Shown here piece by piece: positions 36,763 through 46,247 of a stretch of 64,000 nt of DNA. Location: assembly GCA_944320495.1 (NCBI GenBank), contig CALUHR010000005.1, forward strand, positions 248,581 through 312,580, given 5' to 3'. A model generated the notes under the pieces. That model worked only from the letters and a program-made list of their open reading frames with translations. It made no database searches and was not told where the DNA came from. This stretch comes from Candidatus Methanomethylophilaceae archaeon. Lineage in GTDB: Archaea; Thermoplasmatota; Thermoplasmata; Methanomassiliicoccales; Methanomethylophilaceae. The position numbers were made by a program, and so were the translations under genes. Each line of letters opens with the position of its first letter. Positions within the stretch are counted from its first letter, which is position 1.

Positions 36763-37569
36763 TTAAAGCGTGCCGTGGTCGCTGTGGTACCTCTTGGGCA
36801 GGACGAACAGCTCGCCCTCGTCGTCGAACCCGACCGAGGCGTCCACCTCGTACACCTTGCGTATCAGCTCGGGGGTGATGACCTTCTTCGGGTCGCCGAT
36901 GTCGACGATCTCGCCCTTGCGCATGATGATGCACCTGTCGCAGTACCTCGCCATGAGCGAGATGTCATGCTCCGCGACGAGCACGGTCATGTCCTTCTTC
37001 ACCATGGCGTTGAGGTACTCCATCACATCCAGCTTGTACTTCATGTCCAGATGCGACGTCGGCTCGTCCACCAGCATCAGGCGGGGGTTCTGGACGTAGG
37101 CCTTGGCGATGAGCACGCGCTGGCGCTCTCCGGACGATAGCGCGCCCACGGCGCGGTCCTTCAGATGGTCGACGCCGAACTTGCGCAGGGCGTCCATCAC
37201 CATCTCCTCGTCCTCCTCCGGCTCCCACCAGACGTTCTTGAGATACGGGTACCTCCCGAGCATCACGGTCTCGAACACCGTCAGCCCGAAGCTCCCGCGG
37301 AGCTCCGCCGGGACGGTGGCGACCTTCTTGGCCACCTCGCCCGGCTTCTTGTCCAGGACCGACTCCCCGTCGATCAGGATCTCGCCGGCCGTGGGGTCGT
37401 GGAGCCTGTTGATGCACTTCATCATGGTGGACTTCCCGCAGCCATTCGGTCCGATCAGACCGACCAGCATACCAGGCTCCAGCGTGAAGGACACGCCGCG
37501 CACGGCGCGGTAGCCGTCCTCATAGGTCTTCTCGAGATTGCGGATCTCGAGGAGCGGAACATCATCCAT
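36763..37569 (-). CDS. ABC transporter ATP-binding subunit, BtuD/FecE-like
   Basis: GPNGCGKST, LSSGERQR, VDEPTSHLD. Confidence 0.9.
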   Translation of the reverse strand: MDDVPLLEIRNLEKTYEDGYRAVRGVSFTLEPGMLVGLIGPNGCGKSTMMKCINRLHDPTAGEILIDGESVLDKKPGEVAKKVATVPAELRGSFGLTVFETVMLGRYPYLKNVWWEPEEDEEMVMDALRKFGVDHLKDRAVGALSSGERQRVLIAKAYVQNPRLMLVDEPTSHLDMKYKLDVMEYLNAMVKKDMTVLVAEHDISLMARYCDRCIIMRKGEIVDIGDPKKVITPELIRKVYEVDASVGFDDEGELFVLPKRYHSDHGTL

Positions 37570-40492
37570 CGTAGATCCTCCCCTTCTTGATGAGCAGATA
37601 CGCGAACACCGGGATGCCGATGATCGTGGTGATGGCGCCGACCGGCAGCTCCAGACCGTAGTACCCGGTCCTGGACAGCAGGTCGGCCAGCATGAGCATG
37701 ACCGCGCCGAAGCACAGCGATGCGGGCAGCACCATCCTGTGGTCGCTGCCCAGGAGCATCCTGCACAGGTGAGGGATGACCAGTCCGACGAAACCGATGA
37801 CCCCGCAGAACGCGACACACACCGAGGTGAGCACGGACGCGAGCACCAGCATGCACCTGTTGAACTGCTTGACGTTGAGACCCATCTCGCGGGCCTGGTC
37901 CTCGCCCAGCAGCACCAGGTTGAACTCCTTCGCCCAGAGCATCGGCACCAGCGACAGGAACAGGGACAGGAACAGGACGACGCCCACCTGCGCCCAGGTG
38001 ACCTCCGCGAAGGAGCCGTAGAGCCAGGAGAGGGCGTTGCTGAGCTTCTGCCCGGCCATCGTGAGCATGAGGGTCTGCACGGCGGAGAACGCCAGTCCGA
38101 CGACCACTCCCGCCAGGACGTAGTTGATGGAGCTGCCGCCGGCCTTCTCCGCGATGAGCATGGTGCATCCGAATGCCACGAGACCACCGACGATGGCTGA
38201 GATCGCGGTGAGGAATATCGAGTGGTCGGAGAACAGGCCGAAGAACGTGAAGTCGAACGCTATCACGGCGATGGCGGCCACGCCCGCTCCGGAGGACACG
38301 CCCATGATGTACGGGTCCACCAGGGGGTTCCTGATGATCGCCTGGTAGATCGAGCCGGCCACTGCCAGGCCCATGCCCACCGCCAGCGCGGCGATGGTCC
38401 TCGGGAGGCGGAAGACGAAGACCGTCGTCTCGGTCGCATCCAGCCCCACCCCGCCCTTGGCTATGGCGGAGAACAGCATGGAGTACGCCTCCACTGGATT
38501 GAGGATCTGCGTGGATCCTATGCAGAGGCACAGGGTGAACGACACGAACAGCAGGACCGCGGCCACGATCAGCACGAACTTGAGCCTGTGCCTGTTCCTG
38601 GTGTTGTGCGAGAGGTTGTCCCCGTACAGATAGTGGAGGAACCTCTCCTTGAGGTATCTGAAGGGCCTCTCCTCCCCCTTCCCGAACCTGATCGCCGCCC
38701 ATATCGCGGCGAGGACGAGTATTATGACGGCGGCGATGACCGCGAGGTAGACGATGACGGGCGCACCCTGGACATCCTCGGCGACGACGTACTCCGCGAA
38801 GACCCCGTCCAGGACGAACAGCCCCGAGTCGGTGCATCCGATGAACAGATCCCCAAGGATCAGCGGGGACGACATGTTGAAGTTCCTGACCTCGGGCGCG
38901 CAGTAGGCCACGCCGTCGATCGAGCCGTCCGCGAGCGATATGCGGTAGATGGGGTCGGCCGACGAGTAGCTCGTCAGATACAGCCACTCCCCGTTGACGA
39001 CGACACCAGCGGAATGGATCTCCTTCAGACCCTCAGTGACCCTCTCGACCACCCCGTCCGTGCTTATCCTGAGCAGGACGGAGTCCAGCCCCTCGGACAC
39101 TGTGACGTAGGCCCCGGTGAAGCCGGCGTTGGACACCGGCGACACATAGCGACCGAAGGTGCCCATGTCCGTGTTCATGTACCTCTGGACGACGATGTCG
39201 GAGGACGGATCGTACTCGTAGACCGCCAGTCCGGAGTTGGACTGGCTCATCCCGAGGCCGTCCGTGACCGTGAAGATGAGCGTGTACGTTGAACCAGTGT
39301 CGAAGACGGCGATCTGCCCCAGCCCGCCGTACATCCTGTCCCTGATCTGGACCTGGTAGACCTCCTCGTCCACCTTGGCGGATCCGTCCGCCGCGTCGAG
39401 GATGTAGAGATGTCCGTTGAACGCGCTTGTGAACACGAGGCCGTCGACGACCGTGGGCGCGATGAAGTACGCGCCGGCGTCCATCTGGTACGACCAGACG
39501 AGGTTCAGGTCGAGATCGAAGCAGTACACCATCCCGTTGGAGTGGGTGGCGTAGATCGCCCCCGCACTGTACACGAGGGACGAGAACCCGGCGTCGTAGG
39601 TCGTGCCGGTGTCGAACTCCCTAATGAAGGACGGGGCAGGCTCGGCATCTGCGAAGGATGCGCCGGAGATGGACGTGACGTTGGCGTTGTCCTCGCCGGG
39701 GCCCTCCCACAGAGGGATCTTGTACAGGTATCCGGTCATCGTCCCGACGTAGACGTAGTCACCGACGATGAGCGGCGTGGAGGACTCGTAGTTCATGCCC
39801 GACAGGAACCTGAAGTCCCAGGCGTGCTCCCCGGTGGACAGGTCGATGCAGGACACGACAGCATACCCCTTGTTCTCCCCGGTCGTGTACGTGCTGAACT
39901 TCTGGATGATGTGCCCGTCCACGTACAGCGGGTTCGAGAACGGAGCACCGCGCTCGTACCAGTCCACCTCGTATCCGGCGGAGGATGAGAACGCCGCCTC
40001 CTGGTTGCCGCTGTTCAGGGCGTCCCCCCTGAACATGGTCCTGACGTTCGGGTCGTCCGGCGTCGCGGAGGGCATGACGCCATCGGGATACAGCCCAAGG
40101 GCGAGCGCCCCGTAATCGGATGCTGGGGCATCCGGATCGGCCTCGGCCCATGAGTCCCCGGTCCATCCGTAGAGCTTCCAGGAGGCCTCTGCTGTAATAC
40201 CCGTCGAACCGGTCTGGCTCAATGTCCCCCCGGTGTCCTCGGAGCCCGTGGTGACCGTCGAGACGCCGTCGACCGTGAGCGCCCCGTCGTATTCCGCATC
40301 CATCCCCTCGGACGATGCAGCGTCGGCCACCGCGTCCATCACCGTCGAACCGGATCCCGATGCCCACGAGGTCCTCCCGTCGCCCATGTCTATGAGGGCA
40401 TCCGTCCCCGATGCGGCGTCGGCCTGGATGACCGGTGCGAACGATATCGCGACGAGTATCGCCGCCAGGATTATCGCTGTCCTTCCGCGCAA
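37562..40492 (-). CDS. Secreted beta-propeller (PQQ-like) domain fused to BtuC/FecCD permease
   Basis: Signal peptide; W-x-F/Y propeller repeats; C-terminal FRLPR...RNPLVDPY...GFVGLVIPH. Confidence 0.8.
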   Translation of the reverse strand: MRGRTAIILAAILVAISFAPVIQADAASGTDALIDMGDGRTSWASGSGSTVMDAVADAASSEGMDAEYDGALTVDGVSTVTTGSEDTGGTLSQTGSTGITAEASWKLYGWTGDSWAEADPDAPASDYGALALGLYPDGVMPSATPDDPNVRTMFRGDALNSGNQEAAFSSSAGYEVDWYERGAPFSNPLYVDGHIIQKFSTYTTGENKGYAVVSCIDLSTGEHAWDFRFLSGMNYESSTPLIVGDYVYVGTMTGYLYKIPLWEGPGEDNANVTSISGASFADAEPAPSFIREFDTGTTYDAGFSSLVYSAGAIYATHSNGMVYCFDLDLNLVWSYQMDAGAYFIAPTVVDGLVFTSAFNGHLYILDAADGSAKVDEEVYQVQIRDRMYGGLGQIAVFDTGSTYTLIFTVTDGLGMSQSNSGLAVYEYDPSSDIVVQRYMNTDMGTFGRYVSPVSNAGFTGAYVTVSEGLDSVLLRISTDGVVERVTEGLKEIHSAGVVVNGEWLYLTSYSSADPIYRISLADGSIDGVAYCAPEVRNFNMSSPLILGDLFIGCTDSGLFVLDGVFAEYVVAEDVQGAPVIVYLAVIAAVIILVLAAIWAAIRFGKGEERPFRYLKERFLHYLYGDNLSHNTRNRHRLKFVLIVAAVLLFVSFTLCLCIGSTQILNPVEAYSMLFSAIAKGGVGLDATETTVFVFRLPRTIAALAVGMGLAVAGSIYQAIIRNPLVDPYIMGVSSGAGVAAIAVIAFDFTFFGLFSDHSIFLTAISAIVGGLVAFGCTMLIAEKAGGSSINYVLAGVVVGLAFSAVQTLMLTMAGQKLSNALSWLYGSFAEVTWAQVGVVLFLSLFLSLVPMLWAKEFNLVLLGEDQAREMGLNVKQFNRCMLVLASVLTSVCVAFCGVIGFVGLVIPHLCRMLLGSDHRMVLPASLCFGAVMLMLADLLSRTGYYGLELPVGAITTIIGIPVFAYLLIKKGRIYDG

Positions 40493-40502
40493 ATTCTCAA
40501 CC

Positions 40503-41837
40503 TCAGTCGTTGTAGGACATATCAGCGCTGAACGTCAGATAGTCCATGTACTCGCTCCCGATGATCTTCGGGACCTCGATGTCGGAGCTTCCCGGGTACA
40601 GTATCGTCGAGATGAGCTCCGCGGTCTGCGCGATCCTCGGACCCGCGCGCTGCACCATGGCGGCCGCGTCCTCGCATATCACGTAGACCTCGCCGTTCCT
40701 CCAGGCATCTGTGAGCTGCCACTGGGGGGACAGGCTGTTGTATAGATGGTCGTACTCCTCCTGCGTCGCGGAGTACTCCGTTGTGACTATGATGATCTTC
40801 TGGGGGTTCGCGTACGGGATCCTGTCCGAAGTTATGTGGACCCAGCCGAACCATTCCGAGAAGACGTTGTTGCCGCCCATGGACGTGACGACGCTGTCGA
40901 GATAGGTCCCCGTGCCGGAGATCCATGGACTTATGTCCGGCTCGAGCGAGATCATCGTATCGATCGGCTCGGAATGATCGGCCCCGGTGGCCGCCCTGAT
41001 CTCGTCCATGACGTAGCCGGTGTCCTCTATCACGCCCTTGGCGGCGAGCTGGTATCCGATCGACGTGCCGACGATGTAGATGTTGTCCATGATGCTCTCC
41101 AGACTCTCCCCGGGGTAGGTGACGACCGCATCGATCCCCACGTCCCTGAGCCTGTCGGCCATCTTCACCTGGGATGTCTGGGACCCGTCGCATATGACGA
41201 TGTCCGGGTTGGTGTCCGTGATGAGCTCGAAGCTCGGGCTGGTGTACGACCCGACGACGGCGATGGATCCGTCCGCCTTGCCCTGGACGATGCTCTCCGG
41301 GTAGTCGGAGTAGTAATCCACTCCGACGATGACGTTGGACGCCTTCACGGAGGCGAGGATCTCCGTCACCGCAGGTGAGAGTGAGACGACCCTGTACTTC
41401 TGGGAGTACCCGTTGACGGGGGTGCCGCTGTAGTCGACGGCGACCGTGGGCTCGTCCGAGAGGGACCAGGCCATGACGGTGAACTCCGATGGCTTCTGAT
41501 CGTACGGCTCGGGCAGGGCGACCCATTCGGTCTCTCCTGGATAGACGGCGAATAGCCTCCACTCGCCCTCGTTCCCGTCGATGGATCCGACGGATGCGCC
41601 GTCGGATACGAGCTCGAATCCGTTCTCCTCGCAGGCGAATTCCAGGAGCTCCAGCGGATCGTCGAACCCGGACACGTCCGCCTCGGTCCACACGGTCTCG
41701 TAGTCTCCGAAGTCGATCACGACCCCGTTAGCCTGAACTGGGTCCTCGGCATATGCCAGCACCCCGGCCGTCACACCCAGGATCACACCTGCGACGACCA
41801 GAACGACGCTGACTGCGAGACGGGACCTGTCATCCAT
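40503..41837 (-). CDS. ABC substrate-binding protein, BtuF-like, with extra N-terminal domain
   Basis: RVVSLSPAVTEIL, VGVDYYSDYP, NPDIVI, GPRI. Confidence 0.85.
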   Translation of the reverse strand: MDDRSRLAVSVVLVVAGVILGVTAGVLAYAEDPVQANGVVIDFGDYETVWTEADVSGFDDPLELLEFACEENGFELVSDGASVGSIDGNEGEWRLFAVYPGETEWVALPEPYDQKPSEFTVMAWSLSDEPTVAVDYSGTPVNGYSQKYRVVSLSPAVTEILASVKASNVIVGVDYYSDYPESIVQGKADGSIAVVGSYTSPSFELITDTNPDIVICDGSQTSQVKMADRLRDVGIDAVVTYPGESLESIMDNIYIVGTSIGYQLAAKGVIEDTGYVMDEIRAATGADHSEPIDTMISLEPDISPWISGTGTYLDSVVTSMGGNNVFSEWFGWVHITSDRIPYANPQKIIIVTTEYSATQEEYDHLYNSLSPQWQLTDAWRNGEVYVICEDAAAMVQRAGPRIAQTAELISTILYPGSSDIEVPKIIGSEYMDYLTFSADMSYND

Positions 41838-41883
41838 CGGAACACCATGAGAAGGGTGGAGGGGTCAACCCCTCCTTGAGGTT

Positions 41884-42825
41884 TCAGGCCGCGAAGGGGC
41901 CAGTGGTCATCCAGTCGGTCGTGTATGCGGGACCGCTGAGATAGTTGGTCGCCCAGGTCTCGGGATCCATAGTGTACTCGCTATAGGTGATGTACATGAT
42001 GCATCCCTCGACGGTGTTGAGAGTGGGGCCCGTGCCGAAATAGCTGGCATTCGGCTGGGAGACGTCAGTCGAGGTATAGACGTATGTACCGACGCCGGAG
42101 CCAGAGTTCGTGGCTGCATCGAATGTCCCCTCGTATCCCTCGAAGGAAATCCATCCGCCGTCGACGGTGAATGTCAGTCCGGAATCGGCCAGAGCGACCT
42201 TGATGGCCTCCTCTGCAGTGGCACCGCTTGCGGTGTACCATCCATCGGCGTCGCCGAACCCATTGAGGTAGAAGGAGTAGTCCTGATAATCGATGGGCTG
42301 GTAGTCAGAATCGACCGCAAAGGGACCAGTGGTGCTCCAGTCGCTATTGCTGGCAGGGCCGTTCTCGTAGTAGTCGGTCGCCCATGTGACGGGATCCATC
42401 GTGTACGCACTGTAGGTGATGTAGAGGATGTTCCCGGTGACGGTGTTGAGGGTGGGGCCAGCTGCGAAGTATGCTGCGCTGGGCTGAGCCACATCGGTCG
42501 AGGTGTAGACATAGATGCCAGTTCCGACGCCAGAGTTCGTGGCTGCATCATAGGATCCGTTGTATCCCTCGAAGGCGATCCATCCGCCGTCAATGGTGAA
42601 GGTCAGACCGGAATCGGCCAGAGCATCCATGGCTGCATCCGCCCCGTTCTCTCCCGGAGCCTCGTACCAGCCATCGGCTTCGCCGAATCCTTTGAGATAG
42701 AAGTAGTAGCTGTCCTCGGTCTGGGTATCGTCCCCACCATCCTGGATCATATAGTATGCTCCGACAGCTGCGATGACGACTATGACCGCGACGACAACCG
42801 CAATGATCGCGTTCTTGTTTTCCAT
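41884..42825 (-). CDS. Membrane-anchored secreted protein with two tandem ~130-aa repeats
   Basis: N-terminal TM; F-Y-L-x-GFG-x-ADGWY...TTGPFA occurs twice. Confidence 0.8.
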   Translation of the reverse strand: MENKNAIIAVVVAVIVVIAAVGAYYMIQDGGDDTQTEDSYYFYLKGFGEADGWYEAPGENGADAAMDALADSGLTFTIDGGWIAFEGYNGSYDAATNSGVGTGIYVYTSTDVAQPSAAYFAAGPTLNTVTGNILYITYSAYTMDPVTWATDYYENGPASNSDWSTTGPFAVDSDYQPIDYQDYSFYLNGFGDADGWYTASGATAEEAIKVALADSGLTFTVDGGWISFEGYEGTFDAATNSGSGVGTYVYTSTDVSQPNASYFGTGPTLNTVEGCIMYITYSEYTMDPETWATNYLSGPAYTTDWMTTGPFAA

Positions 42826-42964
42826 GTTACCACTCAGGTAGGACCTGTTGGATGGATACGTCATCCTGGCAATAAAAAAGTGCTGGATGTATATGACCAA
42901 TGCACGTCGCGACATCCGGCCATATCCCGATGGATGCCCGATGGAGGGGCAGACCCCTCCCGGA

Positions 42965-43762
42965 TCACTCGTCCTCGATGATCTCCTCGGGGGCGCCTGC
43001 GAACTTCACCAGCGCAAAGGCCTCCATGAAGTGCAGCTTGCCGGGGAGCACGAGGGAGTGGAGTGGCTCGCCCAGGTCCATCTTCAGGAGGTCCTGCGGG
43101 TACCCGGCGAACACCTTCTCGTCGGGGCATCCCACATGGGTGGCCACGCAGAGGATGGTCTTGTCGTCGATGAGCCCCTCGCCCCACTCGGACTCGGCCG
43201 TCATCAGCCACTCGATGGCCTGGTGGGCGGTCATGTACCTTAGCTCGTCGGCGCGGATGTCCAGGAGGATGAGCGTGTGCAGGCCGCGCTTCTTGTTCTC
43301 CATGATGTGGTCGTAGGGGGACTTGGGGTGGTAGTTCTCCTCCATGAACGGCAGCGTGACCGTCCTTCCGAACTTGTAGTGCTGGAGGCCCAGGGACGTG
43401 GGGCACGCGGAGAAGATGGAGATGCCGTGGAAGACCCTGACCGGGATGCCCTCCTCGGCCGCCTGTATCCTCAGATCCACATGGGTGGTGGCGGACATGG
43501 TGTCCCCGGCGGTTATGAAGCCGACCCTCATGGTCTTCGCATCGGAGATGATGTCGTTGCACTCCTCCACCTGCGCGCGGTAGAGGATGTGGATCTTCTT
43601 GCCGATGGCCGCCTCCAGATCCTCCGGCTTCGTGCCGATGAGGACGGAGGTGTAGAACTCCGCGTAGATCTTGTCGCACTCCTTCAGTGCGTTGAACGCC
43701 TTGACGGTCATTCCGTCGGTGCCGCTGAGGCCGAGTCCCACGAAGACGAGTTCGGATGTCAT
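42965..43762 (-). CDS. dph5: Diphthine synthase
   Basis: LVFVGLGL, YAEFYTS, ATTHVDL, GLQHYKFGRTVT, GLHTLILLDI. Confidence 0.95.
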   Translation of the reverse strand: MTSELVFVGLGLSGTDGMTVKAFNALKECDKIYAEFYTSVLIGTKPEDLEAAIGKKIHILYRAQVEECNDIISDAKTMRVGFITAGDTMSATTHVDLRIQAAEEGIPVRVFHGISIFSACPTSLGLQHYKFGRTVTLPFMEENYHPKSPYDHIMENKKRGLHTLILLDIRADELRYMTAHQAIEWLMTAESEWGEGLIDDKTILCVATHVGCPDEKVFAGYPQDLLKMDLGEPLHSLVLPGKLHFMEAFALVKFAGAPEEIIEDE

Positions 43763-43832
43763 CGGGCGCTGAATGGATGGGGGATATAAAAGGGGGAAGG
43801 GGGCCCGGTTTCGTCTTCATCTTTATCGCGCC

Positions 43833-43862
43833 AAGGATAAGGATAAGGATAAGGATAAGGAT
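43833..43862. repeat. (AAGGAT)x5 microsatellite
   Basis: Five perfect hexamers upstream of dph5. Confidence 0.9.
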
Positions 43863-44024
43863 CCTTTTTGTCCATTATCTAGACTTTTGTGCTTAGGATG
43901 CTCACATCCAGATGTGCGAATCACCCGGATCGGTGCGCATTGTCCCGGATCTGCGACGAATCAGAAAAGTAGGAAGCTGTTTCTTAGAATGGGAGGGGTC
44001 TCCCCCTCCCTGAAGCGTTTGCGA

Positions 44025-46148
44025 TCACTCCTTGACCAGGGTGACCAGGGCGTCGACTGCCCAGCAGCCCTTGCCCTTGAGCCCGACGATGACCGGGTTG
44101 ATCTCCAGCTCGCGGATCTCGGGGTTCTCCTCGGCGATGAGGACGATCCTCTTGATGGCGTCCTTGAGGGCGTCGATGTCCGCCTCGGGCAGTCCCCTGG
44201 CTCCGGACATGAGCTTGTAGGCCTTGGTGGACTTGATCATCTTGTCGAGCTGCTCCTCGGACATGGGCACGTGGGCCTGGGAGATCTCCCCCAGGATCTC
44301 GACGTAGATTCCTCCGAGACCGAAGGACACAACCGGTCCGAACTGCTCGTCGCGGATCATGGACAGGATGACCTCCTGTCCGGAGACCATCTGCTGGATG
44401 GACACTCCGACGATGTTCGCTCCGGGGACGGCCTTGGTGCAGGAGTCCATGATCTTAGTGTAGGCGTCCTTGGCCTCCGCGGCGCTCTTGACGCCGACGA
44501 CGACCCCTCCGACATCGGTCTTGTGCTTGATGTCGGGGGAGACGATCTTCATGACCACGGGGTAGCCGATCTTGTCGCACGCGGAGGCGGCCTCGTCGAC
44601 GCTCTTGACCAGGGCCTCTCCGGGGGTGGGGACGCCGTAGGCGGCGAAGATCTCCTTGCCCTCGCTCTCGGACAGAGAATCCCTTCCCTCGGCCTTGGCC
44701 CTGTCGAGGACGGCCTTGGCGGCCTCCCTGCCGGCGACCTTCGGGGTCTGCAGAGGGGTCTCCTTCTGCTCGGCGTTGATGGTGTAGCGCCTGAGGATGG
44801 ACAGCGCGCGGACCGCCCTGTCGGGGGTGGGGAAGCACGGGACCCTGCCCTCCTTGAGGATGGCGTTGGCCTTGTCGCACTTGTATCCGCCGGCGAAGCA
44901 GACGGTGGTGGGCACGGGGATGTCGTCCCTCATCTCGACGATGATCCTGGCGACGGCCTCGAGGTCGGCGGTGTCCAGCGGGGATCCCATGATGACGAGT
45001 CCGCCCACGTTGGGGTCCTTGGTGACCACGTTGATGGCGTTCTTGAAGTACTCGGCCTTGGCGTCTCCGCGGACGTCGATGGGGTTGGTGAGTCCCGCGA
45101 CGGTGGGGACGCCCTCCCTGATCTGGTCGAGGATCTCGTCGGAGAACTTGACGGCGTAGACGTTGGGCGCGTCGTAGGTCGCGTCGGCGGACATGACCCC
45201 GAGGCCTCCGGCGTTGGTGATGATGGCGATGCCGTCCTTCTTCATGGGGCTGCAGGTGCTGAACACGCTGAGCGCGTCGAACATCTCGTCCAGGTTCAGG
45301 GCCCTGAAGATGTTGAGCTTGTCGAAGATGACGTTGTTCACCGCGTCGGATCCGGCGAGGGACCCTGTGTGGGAGGACGCGGCGGCGGATCCTGCCTGGG
45401 TCCTTCCGGACTTGAAGACCACGATGGGCTTCTTCACGGGCATGTTCTCGACGGCCTCGACGAACTTCTCGCCGTTGTTGATGCCCTCGAGGTACATTCC
45501 CAGGACCTTGGTGTTGGGGTCCTCGGAGATGGACTTGATCAGGTCGGCCTCGTCGATGTCGGCCTTGTTGCCGAAGGTGACGAAGTTGGCCAGGCCCATG
45601 CCGTTGTGGTAGGCCCAGTCGATGATGGAGGAGCCGACGGCCCCGGACTGGGAGAAGATGGATATGTTCCCGCTCTTGGGCAGAAGGTGGGCGAAGGTGG
45701 CGTTGACGCCGGCCCCGGGGTTCATGAGCCCGAAGCAGTTCGGTCCGAGGAACCTGACGCCGCACTCCTTGGCGACGGCCACGAGCTCCTTCTCCATCTC
45801 GGCCCCGGCGGGGGAGTCCTCCTTGAATCCGGCGGTGAGGATGGTGGCGTACTTGATGCCGGCCTCCTTCATCTTGCGGATCTCTCCGGCGACGAGGTTG
45901 TTCTTGACCGCGACGACGGCCAGGTCGATGGGCTCGCCCACATCGGTGACGGAGGCGTAGGCCTTGAGGCCCATGATCTCCCCGCCCTTGGGGTTGATCG
46001 GGTAGAGTTTGCCCTTGAACCCGGCGTTGATCATGTTCTTGAGGAGCATGCCGCCCAGCTTGGCCTCATCGTTCGACGCTCCGATGATGGCAACGGAGTT
46101 GGGACTGAGGATTTCCTTCATGAGGTCGCGTATCTGGTCCGCTCTCAT
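44025..46148 (-). CDS. acd: Acetate--CoA ligase (ADP-forming), fused alpha+beta
   Basis: SVAIIGAS, LGPNCFG, SQSGA, ASSHTG, GYPVVMKIVSPDIKHKTDVGGV, ELEINP. Confidence 0.9.
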   Translation of the reverse strand: MRADQIRDLMKEILSPNSVAIIGASNDEAKLGGMLLKNMINAGFKGKLYPINPKGGEIMGLKAYASVTDVGEPIDLAVVAVKNNLVAGEIRKMKEAGIKYATILTAGFKEDSPAGAEMEKELVAVAKECGVRFLGPNCFGLMNPGAGVNATFAHLLPKSGNISIFSQSGAVGSSIIDWAYHNGMGLANFVTFGNKADIDEADLIKSISEDPNTKVLGMYLEGINNGEKFVEAVENMPVKKPIVVFKSGRTQAGSAAASSHTGSLAGSDAVNNVIFDKLNIFRALNLDEMFDALSVFSTCSPMKKDGIAIITNAGGLGVMSADATYDAPNVYAVKFSDEILDQIREGVPTVAGLTNPIDVRGDAKAEYFKNAINVVTKDPNVGGLVIMGSPLDTADLEAVARIIVEMRDDIPVPTTVCFAGGYKCDKANAILKEGRVPCFPTPDRAVRALSILRRYTINAEQKETPLQTPKVAGREAAKAVLDRAKAEGRDSLSESEGKEIFAAYGVPTPGEALVKSVDEAASACDKIGYPVVMKIVSPDIKHKTDVGGVVVGVKSAAEAKDAYTKIMDSCTKAVPGANIVGVSIQQMVSGQEVILSMIRDEQFGPVVSFGLGGIYVEILGEISQAHVPMSEEQLDKMIKSTKAYKLMSGARGLPEADIDALKDAIKRIVLIAEENPEIRELEINPVIVGLKGKGCWAVDALVTLVKE

Positions 46149-46247
46149 AAAAAGGTTTCTTCTGATTTCGTAGAATCGTGGTAAATTTCGTAGGTGTTTT
46201 CACGAATTTCGAAAAATTGCGTTTCGAATTTCACGGAATCAGTAGAA

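Noticed and set aside
42826-42964. Cobalamin riboswitch upstream of the putative corrinoid uptake operon
   Set aside because: No B12-box or other conserved riboswitch elements recognisable; region is short
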